NCBI GenBank assembly: GCA_048013815.1
Contig: CM106586.1
Span: 14,570,001-14,634,000, forward strand
DNA length: 64,000 bases
Origin: Setoptus koraiensis
Lineage: Eukaryota > Animalia > Arthropoda
Direction of reading: 5' to 3'
The notes below the pieces were generated by a model. It worked only from the letters and a program-made list of their open reading frames with translations. It had not been told where the DNA came from and ran no database searches. The position numbers and the translations under genes are program-made. Shown one piece after another: positions 22,219 through 34,600 of this stretch. Every line of letters begins with the position of its first letter. The stretch's first letter is position 1.

Positions 22219-22790
22219 TAACAAATTTAAGAATGTGTCGGATTTGTGAGGCTCGACACCTCACTGAGTGCAATCCAATCACAGTCTCACCATTGTATCC
22301 AACTCTGACACATGCATCTCATGAATTGATGCGCGCTGGTATCGCCACGGGGGTTCTCGGCGGTACATTGTCCGGTGTGTCCGGCCGGCCAGAGTGTGGG
22401 CCCAGAGTGATATCTTCGGGCAATCAGTGGCTTCAATTTCGGAGATCTATAGATAGATGTGGCTGTTTGGTGCGTTCAAAAGGAGGCTTCTTTCTGGAGC
22501 CCCATGAAATTGGCCAAAGAGTGAACCCTGTCGATGGGCATCATGAGCGGCAGATGGCGTGAGTGGGCCCTCGTGTGGAGTGGCCAGCGGGTGCCCAGAG
22601 TGCAATGGAGATGCGCCAACTGTTAGTGGGGACAGGCAGTTGGGCAGCAGTTTCACCTGTGCGCAAATGTCGGACGCCTGATCGATTACGGCGGTTGCTG
22701 GTGGTGGTGTGGTATGAATATGCGCGAAGCCAGGATGTAACGGTGCCGGCATGGCGTGCGAGCCGGGCCATTGAGTGGGGCCAGTGTGAG
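22219..22790 (-). mobile_element. Decayed Ty3/gypsy-like integrase relic
   Basis: In order across frameshifts: HSMARLARHAG (22777-22745), SDICAQVK (22674-22651; CxxC with the first C mutated), LPVPTNSWRISI (22639-22604), MPIDR (22542-22528), H*LPEDI..GP (22429-22397; cf. HGLPxxIxSDxGP), NGET (22294-22283), QIRHILKFV. Confidence 0.65.
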
Positions 22791-23516
22791 GGTTGCAGCG
22801 ACACAGTTAGCAGGTCGGCTCATTTTGGCATTTTATCATTTAGAAACAAGTGATCAGTGTATCAATTGTAGAGACAGCGGCGCAGTGGTTGAGAGCGAAT
22901 AACGTCAAGAATTGTCGGAATTGTTGTGTTTGCGAATATGGCGCAGTGTTTTTAATGCTGGCGTGTTGCCTAGAGCGTAGCATTGTTTACAAGTGTTGTT
23001 GTTGGTGTTGTTGGCTGCTGCTGCTGCTCTCTTTTACCATCGTGTATCACCATTTATAGCCTATCTATCATTACATAATATATATATATAGCTTACGTAA
23101 AGTAGTGCGTATGCCAGCATTGTCGTTAGTGTGTGTGTGTGTGCGTGAGCGACGCCAGTGAATCAATGATTTAGCTGTTAGTTAGCCAGCCAGCCAGCCA
23201 GCCAGTCGTTCGAAAGAAGCTTCCGAAGCTTCCATTGGCTTCCATATTCGCACAAGTCACTCGTTTGCATTGTCGCAACAGCAACAGCAACCGCAACAAC
23301 AGCAACCACCGCCATATGTATATATAGCAGCAGTGAGTGTGCGGCAACTACAGTTGTCGCAATAAGCATCGCCTATTAACAGTTTTTATCGGCGGCCCAG
23401 TTGGCCGACGCTCACCTGTACCGCAGCAACTCGCACTAGCTTTGCCAGTCGGTGTTTGTGCATTCCAAACTCATTAAATGTGTTCAACTTTATCCACAAG
23501 CGCACACACACACTCA

Positions 23517-23564
23517 CACAATTTTATCCTCTCACAGTTTTATCCGCACACAATTTTATCCGCG
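23517..23564. repeat. 16-bp tandem repeat x3 (cacaRttttatccNcN) upstream of CADPS
   Basis: cacaattttatcctct / cacagttttatccgca / cacaattttatccgcg. Confidence 0.85.
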
Positions 23565-24634
23565 CACAGGTAAAGTGTTGATGGTGTCGTCACTGCAACA
23601 GCAGCGCCAACGATAGACTCATACTCACATTAGACACACTAGACTATAGATTACAAACTGACAAATGCCCACATAATACACACCAGTGCCCACATACGCC
23701 AGCTACTGCCCATATCGCGCCGCACTGAGCCACTACTGAGGCCCGAAATTGACCACGACAGCAGCCAACGAGCCGCCAGCGCAATATCTGGCCACTTGCC
23801 GCGCCGAAAAGCGACCAAAAAACAGTTTGAGGCCGCTGCAACATCAGCATAGTCCGTAGTGGGCAAAGTGGCTAATTTGTGCCGATTTTAGGTCATGGTG
23901 TCGCAAGTGAGCCAGTCGTTTCCACTGCAACCGAATTAGCGACCGCAACATCACCTGACTACTAATCATCAGCGTCGCGTTGGCCGTCATACATCATCGG
24001 AGTGCCATCGATTAAATTGACCAAATTGATTGGATAGATAGAGAGCACGCAAGCGACAAGTGACAAGTGGCCAATTGACAAGTGACACCAGCAGCGCACT
24101 GCCCCGCCGGGCCAGCGGGGCCCAGTCACAACGGCGAGTCAACATTGAGCGATTGGAATAAATCTCGGCGCACACCGTTACGTCACATCGCACCGTTACA
24201 TCATACTGCTGCTATTGCCTCCCTATTCATATAGGGAGATTTTAGTTGTATATTGTCGTTGTATATTCAGGCCGACAGATAAACAAATATTGCGACACAT
24301 TTTTTCGAGTTGCCGCCGCCGCCGTCGCCAGCCAGCAAACACACACACCAGCAAAAGCAGTGCAAGTCGGCAGTGCCATTTCGGGGGGGCCCTGGCGGCT
24401 TAAGCAGATTAGATCGCAGTTAGTTAATCTGTGTTGTGTTGCGCCATCCAACTAAATTGTTGATCCCATGATATTTTATCCGTGACAGGTGTAGCTGTTT
24501 TGGGCTGTTCATGGTAGCGGCGACAGTGGCGGCGGACGACGTTAGCATTAAATTAAATTGGATAAGCTAACACTGTTACACACACACACACACACACGAA
24601 CACAACCACTGGCGCGCATAAAAACACTGCCGAA

Positions 24635-25648
24635 ATGTCCGGCTACGATTTTACAACATCGCCCATATCACAGGCTGCTGCCACCCAACGAAACTCTATG
24701 ATGTCGCTGTCAAATTCAAACTCGCCAGACATTCAGCAGCCTTTGTCGCTCATGAGCGACTCGTCGTCCTCTTCATCCTCGTTGGCCGATATACAAACTA
24801 ATCCCAATCAATTTCTGCCCTGGCGTTTGGACACTTCCTCCAGCAGTGCGTCCAGTTTTCAGAAGCATCACAGCGCCGCCAGAGCCACCGGCCAACAGCA
24901 CAACTCGCTAACGGGCCAATCAACGACATCCACAACATCGTCGTCGTCAGCGGGGGCGCCGGCCAACATTTCGGGACCGGCCTCACTGTCGGCCATCAAT
25001 GCAAATCAACACCAGAGTAGCGGTCTGCACAACATACTCATGGGCTCCTCATTTTCGGCCGCGTCGTCGCAAAATTCCAGCACTGGCTATCTGGCGTCAG
25101 GCGCCGATCAGCCGACAGGTGGCAAACAACAACAACAACAGTTAGATAACAGAGCGGCGACAGTGACAATGTCTTCCATGTTCTCGTTGACGGGCACCAA
25201 TCAGGCGCTGACGGCCGACTCGCTGATGGCGGCCGCAAGCGTAAATTTGGAACAAAAAAGCGAAGAACAAGAGGAAGAAAACAGAAAGACTCGCCTGCAA
25301 TTGTATGTGTTTGTGTTGCGTTGCATATCCTATTCGTTCAATGCAAAACAACCGACAGATTTAGTGAGGCGCCAACAATTAAAAATAAACCAGGCTGCCA
25401 TGGGTCAAATTCAAGCGAGATTCAAGTCTTACATAGCCAATCAAATCAAACAACAACAGCACCACCAACAGCAACAACTACAAAATCCATCTCATGTGTC
25501 TAACTCGCTGGCCAGAAATCAATGGCATTATCCCCAGCAGAAAATTAGTGAGCCAACAGCACTTATACTCGAACAGACATTCAAGCGCCTCAATCAGCTC
25601 TATCTCAAACGCTACCTCCAAAGCGACCGGCTCGAGTTGCTCGTCCAG
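24635..25648 (+). CDS. CADPS: CADPS coding exon 1
   Basis: S/Q-rich N-terminus, then [28 protein letters not shown] and [12 protein letters not shown]. Donor CAG|GTGAGT at 25649, phase 0. The start ATG is less certain than the 3' end. Confidence 0.9.
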
Positions 25649-28600
25649 GTGAGTTATTGTTTGTTTGATCTCATTATGCTCTCTCTCTCTCGATCTAATT
25701 ATATTAGCCCACGTTGGCCCACTATTGATTTCCGGCAAACAATGCCGCTGCTGGCCAGCGGCTCAACATTGTAGGTTGACGCTACTGGCCAGCGGCGCCA
25801 ACTAAAACATGAGAATGCAATTAGGATCGAGCTAGATTTTCCAATGGCTCCGGGCTGTTCATGATGAGATGCATTGCATTAATTAATTGAACTGCTCGTG
25901 CAACCAGGGAAAACAGTAGTTTCGAAAGTTGAGTGTTTTCGGCCCGAACAAGTAGGGCTTCGAAGCTTGTTAGCAAGCTTTTTTTTCTGTGTTATTACGT
26001 TTGCATGCTGACTTTCATTATGAAACTTTCATAGTGAAACTTCACAGTTAATTCATGTGCGGCGAAAATTTCCGATCGAAACCCGTGCGGCGTTTTTTCT
26101 GCCTCGAAACTGTTTTTCGGGATGAAAAAAAAAAACACTTCGAAAGACGTCGCCATTGTTGCCGGGACAGGCCCTTTCTAGCGCTCTGTTTATTTTTACT
26201 TTTTTTCGGCTATAGTCCAAAGTAACCCAAAGTAAGATTGATGCCCCCTAAATCCCTGACTAATTGGACAACGGCCATCGATGCCACTATTAGCCGGACT
26301 GACCGACTATTTGCAGCAGCAGTTTGCCATTTTGCGTAGTGGCGCATTGTACATTTTCACATTTGCACATTTGCACATTTGCACATTCAACTCGAATTTG
26401 TTCGGTTGGGCCCATGCCAAACCAATCTCCATCGATTGAACTAATGGCGCCTGACTCCTATCAAGCCCCCTATCATGATTAAAATAAACTACAAGTCGGG
26501 GGCCGGCCAGCCCATTTACCTGCCGGCTGCGGCACTGTTGCCGTTATTACTATTATTATTGTTATTATCGGCCCGCCATAGCGCAGCACCGCAGTGGGGC
26601 CAATTTGAATGGGCTTGTCAGCTGAGGACTGTAGTTTACAGCTACATAATTGATTATCCACCGGCTATAGCCACTAGCCGGCATTGTCGGGCCAACATGG
26701 GCTATTAATACAGGCCCCCGCATTCTGTATTCTTATTGGTGGCCCACTACGCAGTGGGGCCCCATAGCTATGCACGGCCGGGCAAGTTGTGTGCTGGCCT
26801 GTCTCGATAATGGCATTCTCATGGTCACTCACTTTGTAGTGTCGGCCATAGTGGCCTCCCCCACTTCTGGCTCTGGCGCAAATAAGAGCATATGTCCTAT
26901 GTGCGGTATGTGATATAAACAATGACAAGTGTATATATGCCAACTTGCTTATGTGCTAATGTACAGATAATACATCACTTAATGATTCCATTTGTTCGAG
27001 GCCGAGCCATTTGCGAGGGGGCCCCTCGACAAGGCGCACCCTTTATGGCTTCTTCGGTGGTGGGTGCTCGCCCCCAAACCCAACACAAACTGCTTGCGTG
27101 AGATACAACGCTGCTAATATCTGTTAAACAGAGTCTGTCTGTAGCAGCACTACCTGGCCACCTCCGGCGAGTCGGCGAGCCTCTCAGCCAACAACCGACA
27201 AAAGTAGCTTTTCGGGGCTCAAGCGGCTACGTGATTTCTAGCAACTACAACCGCTCATCGTTGCGTCTATTTTTATATCTTTTTTTTAATGCCTGCCTTG
27301 ACATGTTTCGAGCGGCTGAAAGTGCCCATTCTCTTATGGGAATTCCCACGCAGTGCAAGCGAATTTATCATTGGTTCGTAATTCTGCATGTAATCAACCG
27401 CTAGTGCGAAACGCAATTCTCATTATGCGCATAGAGAACACCACATATATCCCTTGTCACTGTAACCAACTTGGTGCACATAAGTGTTCTGGCAGAACCC
27501 AAGCTTTTTGTCACTTTTTGCCATTTTTTGTCACTTTTTGCCGCTTTTCGTCACTTTTTGCCACTTTTCGTCCTTTATCCCGCGTGTGATTTAAAGCGTC
27601 ACCGGAACAACGGCACAAAAGGGATAAACGGTTACAACCTAGCGAGCATCGGCTTCACCATCGATCAGATGCAGTTTTTTGCAACTTTCTGCCAACTTTC
27701 TGCCAGTTTTTGCCAGTTTTTGTCAATTTTTGCCAACTTTTTGCCATTCCTTCTAAGCCATTTATTCCGCTCTGGAATAAACTTGGCTTCATTTGTTTTG
27801 ATGGGGGCACCTGGTTAAATGTTTTTGGCAGAGCGCCAAAATTAGGGAAACTGTGCAAAGTAATTCCCAGCTCCCATAGCTAATCAGTGATTAGTAATCA
27901 CGCAACTGCAATTGATGAGCTTCTTGTCTTTGAAGTTCGAGTTGTCTCTCACGAACTGTCAATTTCTGCTGGATATCCCCTGTTTCTGTTGACAGTGGAG
28001 AGCACTATGCTTTACCTCCATTTTAGAGGAGCTAGCTCGCGCCTTTGGCGAACAAACCTCGTCTGTAATTGGCTGCATTGGGCAAACTTCATTAGGATCG
28101 ACCATGGGATATAGAGAATTTTGCGATTGATTCGTTTCGGCAGGCACAAATGACCATACTTCTTGTATATTAAACTCTGGTTGTAATGATAGAATATCCA
28201 GATAAGCTAATTGGTCGTCCATAATTCTGTAATTATTTAGTAATTGTTCCATATCTTTGAAGGTTGAAGTAATTTTTGGTCAATTATAAAAATCAGGAAC
28301 AAAATCCTTCATTACTGGACCGGCAAGTGACATAAGTAGGGTAGGGCAAATCGATCGCTAAAATCAACCAAAATCGGTTCTTATGGGAGGAAATGTAGCA
28401 TTTTTTCGCTTTATTCGGTGACTACAAATGCGTCTCAATATCATCCTTATGATAAGAATGACTTGCTAGAAAATTCTTAGGGTTTTTGCCATGCACAGGA
28501 AAAGTTCGGCTCGGAACCGATTTGCCCTACCCTACTAATCACGGATTAGTAATTAGGCATCCAAACCGGGAAAAATATGTTCTTCCGGTTAGTTTGCTCG

Positions 28601-31600
28601 TTCGAAGTGTTTTCTGTGGATATAATTGCCTCCGATTGCCCTGAGCAATCCGACAGTCGTATGCGCAACCATTTTTCGCAGTTTTCGGCATGCTCACTGT
28701 TCAAGACCGAGCTGTTTGAGGGGGCCCACTTCTGAAATGTGGCCCGAAATCGCCGAAAACCTATTTCGAACCGAGAGAAACCTAGTGCAAGAGTATCCGA
28801 CAATCTGTGCAGTATCTGTGAGCTGGTCTATTACTGATTAGCAAACTTGGATTCCTTCCTCTTGAAAAAAAAAATGCGGTGAAAAAAAATATTCCTCTTG
28901 CAGTGGACTGGCGCGCATACGCATGCAAATGTCACCACAAAACCCAGTTCGCGGCTGAATAGATTTTCTGCGGTTCAAGCACATTGTAAATCCAATGTAA
29001 ATACATCCGATCAATTGAGGATGAGATGAGCCGGCGCAAATATCCGATTTGACCTGTATTATCCATTAGATTAAAGTGCCAATATTAGGTATATGTCAGG
29101 TAGCGCCCGGCGCGTAAAAGCAAAAGATGGGAGCAGACTGGAAACAAACGACAAAATCGCAATTAGCCAGAGGCGGATTGCCGTGGACAAAGAGGCTGCC
29201 ATTGTCGATAGATTGAACAATTAGACGTCAATTATCAGAGTAGGCAGATGTGAGCTGGCTGGCACAGAATATTATATTATTTGAATTGCAACGGGCCAGA
29301 GATGGGCCGACAGCTAACTGGAGTTAGCTGGTGCGGCCCGTTTAGTAGCCAGTGGCGATTGTTTGTCGTGTTTAATGTTTGTGTGTGTGTGTAAGTTAAT
29401 ATTTGGTTTTGTATTTAATATCAAGCTATTTAGTATTATGTAATGGTTGAATATTGGCAGTTGCTAGATAACAACGATTATATGTTTGCACTGGGCACGC
29501 GTTTGCTCGAAAACAGCAAGCGTTCCGCATCGGGCGTTTGTTGCTTTACCTCACACACTAACAATTGTGAGAACAGGGCTATTTGTTGGCCTACCTTGCC
29601 TAACAATTGCAATAATATCGGTATTGGTTGACCGGCAGGCGTGCTGGCCGCAGCATTTGGCAGCACGAACGAATTGTGCCGAGCTAGATGCCGAGATGCT
29701 GATGCCGAGCTGCTGATGCTGGCGAGGCATCAACAGCGACATACAACGACTGGTATAATGCAAGTAACGGTACTTATGCAACGGTATTATTGCTGCTTCG
29801 TCTAGTTGCTAGACACACAACGGCCCCACAGACTAGCCCACAGCAATGTAACAAGATCATGGGGCTTATCGTCAAGCTCTATGCCATTGCACCAAACCAA
29901 GAGCCGGTATTAACGATGCGATCGGCGACCGGCGATCGGCGACCGGCGAGCAAGTAGCTACTAACTGCTAGTTGCTGCTAGCGCCAGACAAGATTGTTAC
30001 CTGGTCGCCGGCGAGCCAGCCACAGCTAGCTTGCCGGTGACTGTTATTATTGTTGGCTGCTGGTTTGGCATTGCCGGGCCGGGCCGGTCCGGTCCGGATC
30101 TCTGGCGTGCCGGCACGCGGATCTTGTTAGTTGTTGAGAGTTAGTTGTGGCGCTCACACAGGATCACAACACTAACAAGATGAAAGCGCCTAAATCAATA
30201 TTTTTATGTGTCGCCAACTCTGGTTATTTCATACATTTAAGTTGTGCGGATCCCCAAATACACCCAACACAAACTCGAGTGCTGAGTCTTGAACGCCACC
30301 CACAAACACGGCCCAAACAAGGGCCCAGAGCCACCGAGAATCGGCTTACACAAGACAGTTAGCAAGATGGATAGATAAGTAAATGGATAGGTGGATGCAT
30401 GAATAAATGGATGGATAGATGAATAAATAGAGAAATAAATGAATAAACAGGCCAGGTCGACGGGTCGGCTGTCTCTCCACTAGAGAGTCTCTAGTATCGC
30501 ACTAGTAGTATGATATTAGTAGTATCATACTACATCATGGTCGGCGGCGGCGGCGGCTCGGCTCGGCTCGGCTCGAGTCTAGAGTCGCGCGACACCGAAA
30601 TGAATTCATCATTTGCGTAGCCCGATATATTTTAATATCTTAGCATTATCTCTCTGCTCAAGTAGTCGCGCGAGTTGACGCCAGCTCACAGCGAGGTGAC
30701 GCTGCTAGCGAGCGCCAGACGAAAGGAGCCAGCGCGCGAGACGCAAAAAGCCCGGCACGATTATCTCGTCGGTTGCGCGGGCGGGCCTCTTAGTTATAAT
30801 TATTCCATTCTTTTCAAAGGGCATATCGCTGACTCGGCCCAATCTAATCTAATCCAACGCAGTCCGATCTCTTTCAGCTCGGGCTCTTTCAGCCTTTCAT
30901 CCTTGTCGCGACACTGGCTCGCTATTCTATTCTGTTTCTATTCAATCTATTTATTTGCATCGGAAGCCTACAACAACAACAGCAACAACAACAGCAGCGG
31001 CAACTACAACAGCAGCAACAACAGCAGCGACAGCGGCAACTACAACAGCAGCAACAACAGCAGCGACCTCGATATACCGGCATGTAAGTGTGTCAATCGG
31101 AGGGGTCCATCAGCATTAGTCAGCATTAGACTACCGGTCGATGCCAGTCAATCAGCGATATTCCGCTGGGGCCAATTTTGATGGCGACGACCTTTGAGCA
31201 GCCATCTAGCCAGCGAAGTCTAACTACTAGCTATCAGTAACTAGCATCGGCAACAATGATGTCACGACATGCCCGGTCCTTGATCGTTATTTATTGGCAC
31301 GGCCATACTGTTATTATTATTATTATTATTGTTATTACGGCCGCCAGTCGGATTACTACTATTTGCATTATCCTTGTTGTTGTCGTTGCTGTCGTTGTTG
31401 TTGTCGTTGCTGTCGTTGTTGTTGCCGTTGTTGCCGCTGCTGTTGCGACGGCGAGCGCCCGGTCGGGCCCAAGTCGGGCCGCGACCGGGCGCCGGGTTTG
31501 TGTAAATCGAGAACAGCGACTCTCCACTGGAGGGCCGCATCTCTCGTTCGCTCAATCCAACGTGACAGGAGATGTTGGCCCTGTTTAGTGTCTCGCCGCG

Positions 31601-34600
31601 CACAAACGCACTGGCTCAGCGAGCAACTCGGGTCGAGGGGCCCGCGAACGAGCGCGAACGAACGCAAAAGAACGCGAACGAACGCAAAAGAACGCGAACG
31701 AACGTAAAAGAACGCGAGCGAACGCAAAAGAACGCGAGCGAACGCCAGGGGATTCGCCCAAGACTGGCCTGGCCGGTCGCTCGAAGAACTGGAGGACCTC
31801 AAAACTCGCCGTGCAGCTTTGACTAGAATCGCGCCGCCCAGAACCTCGGCCATTTTCTTTATAATTCGCTCTCTCTCTCTCTCGCGCTGTCTGTCGACCG
31901 ATAATTCCCTTAGAGAGGCCGCAAGTTTGCACGTGTAGCCTAGTTACGCCCTAAGTAAGTCTAATTACCAGTTTTATCTGCGGGCCCCACAGCAACTAAT
32001 GTTCTTTTCTCGGTGTGTCAGTCTGGCTGTGTTTGGGGCCTATATGATTCGGGCGAGTGGTTTTTAACGCGACTCGACTCTGTCTCTCTCGCTCTCTCGT
32101 TTGTTTTGCCTGCCACATCGGCCGGCCAGTTAGCCAGTCAGCCAGCCTAAACTAAACTAAACAAACACAACAGCCACCGAGAGACAGACGGAGCCAGCGG
32201 AAAAATTGTTGACACCCAGTGGCCAAGTGGACTAGTCGATTAAAGTCACTTCTTAAGCCATTTGTAGCGGCTACAGTCGGTTGCATCACTGCGACAACAC
32301 TGTTATCATAGCCAGAGTGTTATAATAAGGGTGTTGCGTCATATTGCGCACCACACCATATACAACAGTGGCAACAACAACAGTGCCAACAACAACACCA
32401 ACGACAATATTAAGTCATGTGATGATGCAACAGACAACACGTCGCAATCCAAAAGTGATGTCACCCATACACTGTCAAGATTGATCTCGTCTTATATATC
32501 ACATCGTGGTGGTCGTCGTCGTATAAGCAACCGTTATCTCTGCCGCCGTTATTACTATTATTATTATTATTATTATCATCATTTAATTTAGTTGTTGTCT
32601 ATCTACGCTGGGCGCCGCTATGACTTCTCGCGGCGCGATATAGTGATTGATTGAATAGATCAAGCTCATGAATGTATTATTGGCCAGACAACAAAGACAA
32701 CAAAGCCAGCACTCTGGCTTTGTCGCACGAGCTGTAGTTATGCGACGACCAGTTACACTACCAACTATAACTATACGACAACTTGGCAATTGTCGATCGG
32801 CCAAATTTATTCCGCACAAAATATGCCCGTCGCTTGCTGCGGGCTCTTAACCGGGCCGCTCGGCTCCACCGCGCGGCTCCACCGCTCCACCGCGCCGCTC
32901 TGGGCCGCGACCGGATTCGTCGAGTCTCAGAGCTCGACAAGAATCATTATCGGGTTGTCGCGGCGCGCTCATGATGAATACTCTTTCTTGTGGGGCCGGC
33001 CCGCTCGGTACGGCCCGTAAACGACCCGCACAACAAGAGAGCTCGCTATCTCTATCGTGACTCGCGATTCTCGAGTCACATTAATCCATTGTAAGCCAGA
33101 GCACACACACACAAAGACCAGCAGAGATAATATAAAAGGAAGCTCCTTATTATTGGTCAGTCGGCGCTAGTTAGGCTCGCTCAGTTTATCGCGCTGTCGC
33201 TTTGGCCCCAACTTGTGCCTCAACTGGTCGCTGGTGCACGGGACCTTGGGGCCTCGCTAGCCGGGGCCCCTCACATAATTTCCGCTAGCCGGGGCCTCGC
33301 ACATCATTCTATTTTTGGTCACAGGTGTGCGCGGCGGCTGTAGCTCATTGCGAAGATTAGTCAGGCGTCTTTCGCAAATATTATATATATATATATTTTC
33401 ATCTTTTTTTAAACTTTTCAAACCATGAAATTCAAACTAATCGATCACACGCACATTGACAAGTGTCGAGGCAGCGCGCGTTGCGTAAGAAAACCGTTGA
33501 AATTAACCCCATCAGAGGATATAATGATTTCAAAATGTACTCTCAAATGCACCTCTCTGTTCTCCATGGGTAGTGGGCGACAGGAGGGCGGCATTCATAT
33601 CGGGGCGCCATATCGGGGCGCCGATCTCCGCTGAACAAACAGCGCACACTATGACGCAAGTGCACCTACACAATGTAGGCTACATTCGTGTTCACAAATA
33701 ACGGGGGCCCCGACGTAAACTGGATAAATTGTTATTCTAACCAGTCGTTGTGTGCATGTGTCGTCGTATAACGGTGAGTGCGCACTCTGGCGAGCGTTCG
33801 GGCGAGCTCTCGCTGTGGCGCCCCTTGTCGTTGTTCGTCGTATGTACTGCCGGCCCGGTCTGACTTGACCTTTGCCACTTGTCTTTCATGCCTATCATTT
33901 TCATTTATCTGCTACAATTATCACGACGATGGCACCGATAGTGATTGTTGAGTGAGCAAATTCAATAGGGCTGCACATCTAGTTTATTGTGTGTGCAGTA
34001 TCTCGTGATATCTCGCTCGAATGCCAGAGATATCACTAATGCCACTGCTACTAGATATAGTCCGGCCCAAAAGTTATCATTCATCGCGAGCTTGAGTGTT
34101 TGCAAACTGGACCAGTCTGCACTCGAACGCTCTAGCTCGGCATGTCATGTCAAGCCGCCAGCCACTGACCACACGAACAAACTATCAAACAGTTGGTCAG
34201 TGTTGGGGCGCCCGAGTTGAGCGGCTCAAATATTATATAATGGGGCCACAATGCAATTGCGATGGCGCTTAAGATTCGCTCGGCTTGCCAAGCCAACTGG
34301 GCTCACAAAGTTGAATTAAAGTTTTGCGATAAGAGCAGTTGTGCGTGCCTGTGTGTGTGTGTGTCCCAGCAACATCAACAATGGGGCCCACTTGAAATAG
34401 TTCTAGATGAGGCCGCCAGTCATTTTGTGTGTCAGTGCGCACGAGGTGACTGGCGAGCTCGCTTATTTTGGCTTAAATTGGCAGCGCTGCTGCAACAATA
34501 GTAGGTAGCCATGAGAGCTGATATACTGGCTGCGAAGGCAAATTTAATATCGTGATCGACTTGTTTGCGCAGCGATACCAACTCGAAATTGAAATGAAAA

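Noticed and set aside
21930-22853. Plus-strand frame of ~307 codons with a single TGA (read-through or selenocysteine idea)
   Set aside because: The product has no recognisable features, passes through a 25-bp repeat, and is antisense to the integrase relic. No SECIS-like element was seen.
23490-23498. TTATCCACA (bacterial DnaA box; a second copy near 16965)
   Set aside because: Eukaryotic context and isolated 9-mers consistent with chance.
25649-25774. ORF extensions past the CADPS donors of exons 1 and 2 (to 25774 and 38785)
   Set aside because: Homology ends exactly at the GTGAGT donors, and no adjacent poly-A signal was noted, unlike intron 5.
27879-28842. 13-bp imperfect inverted repeat (gctaatcagt.. 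/ ..actgattagc) bounding the AT-rich island
   Set aside because: Too short, with no target-site duplication; cannot be supported as a transposon boundary.
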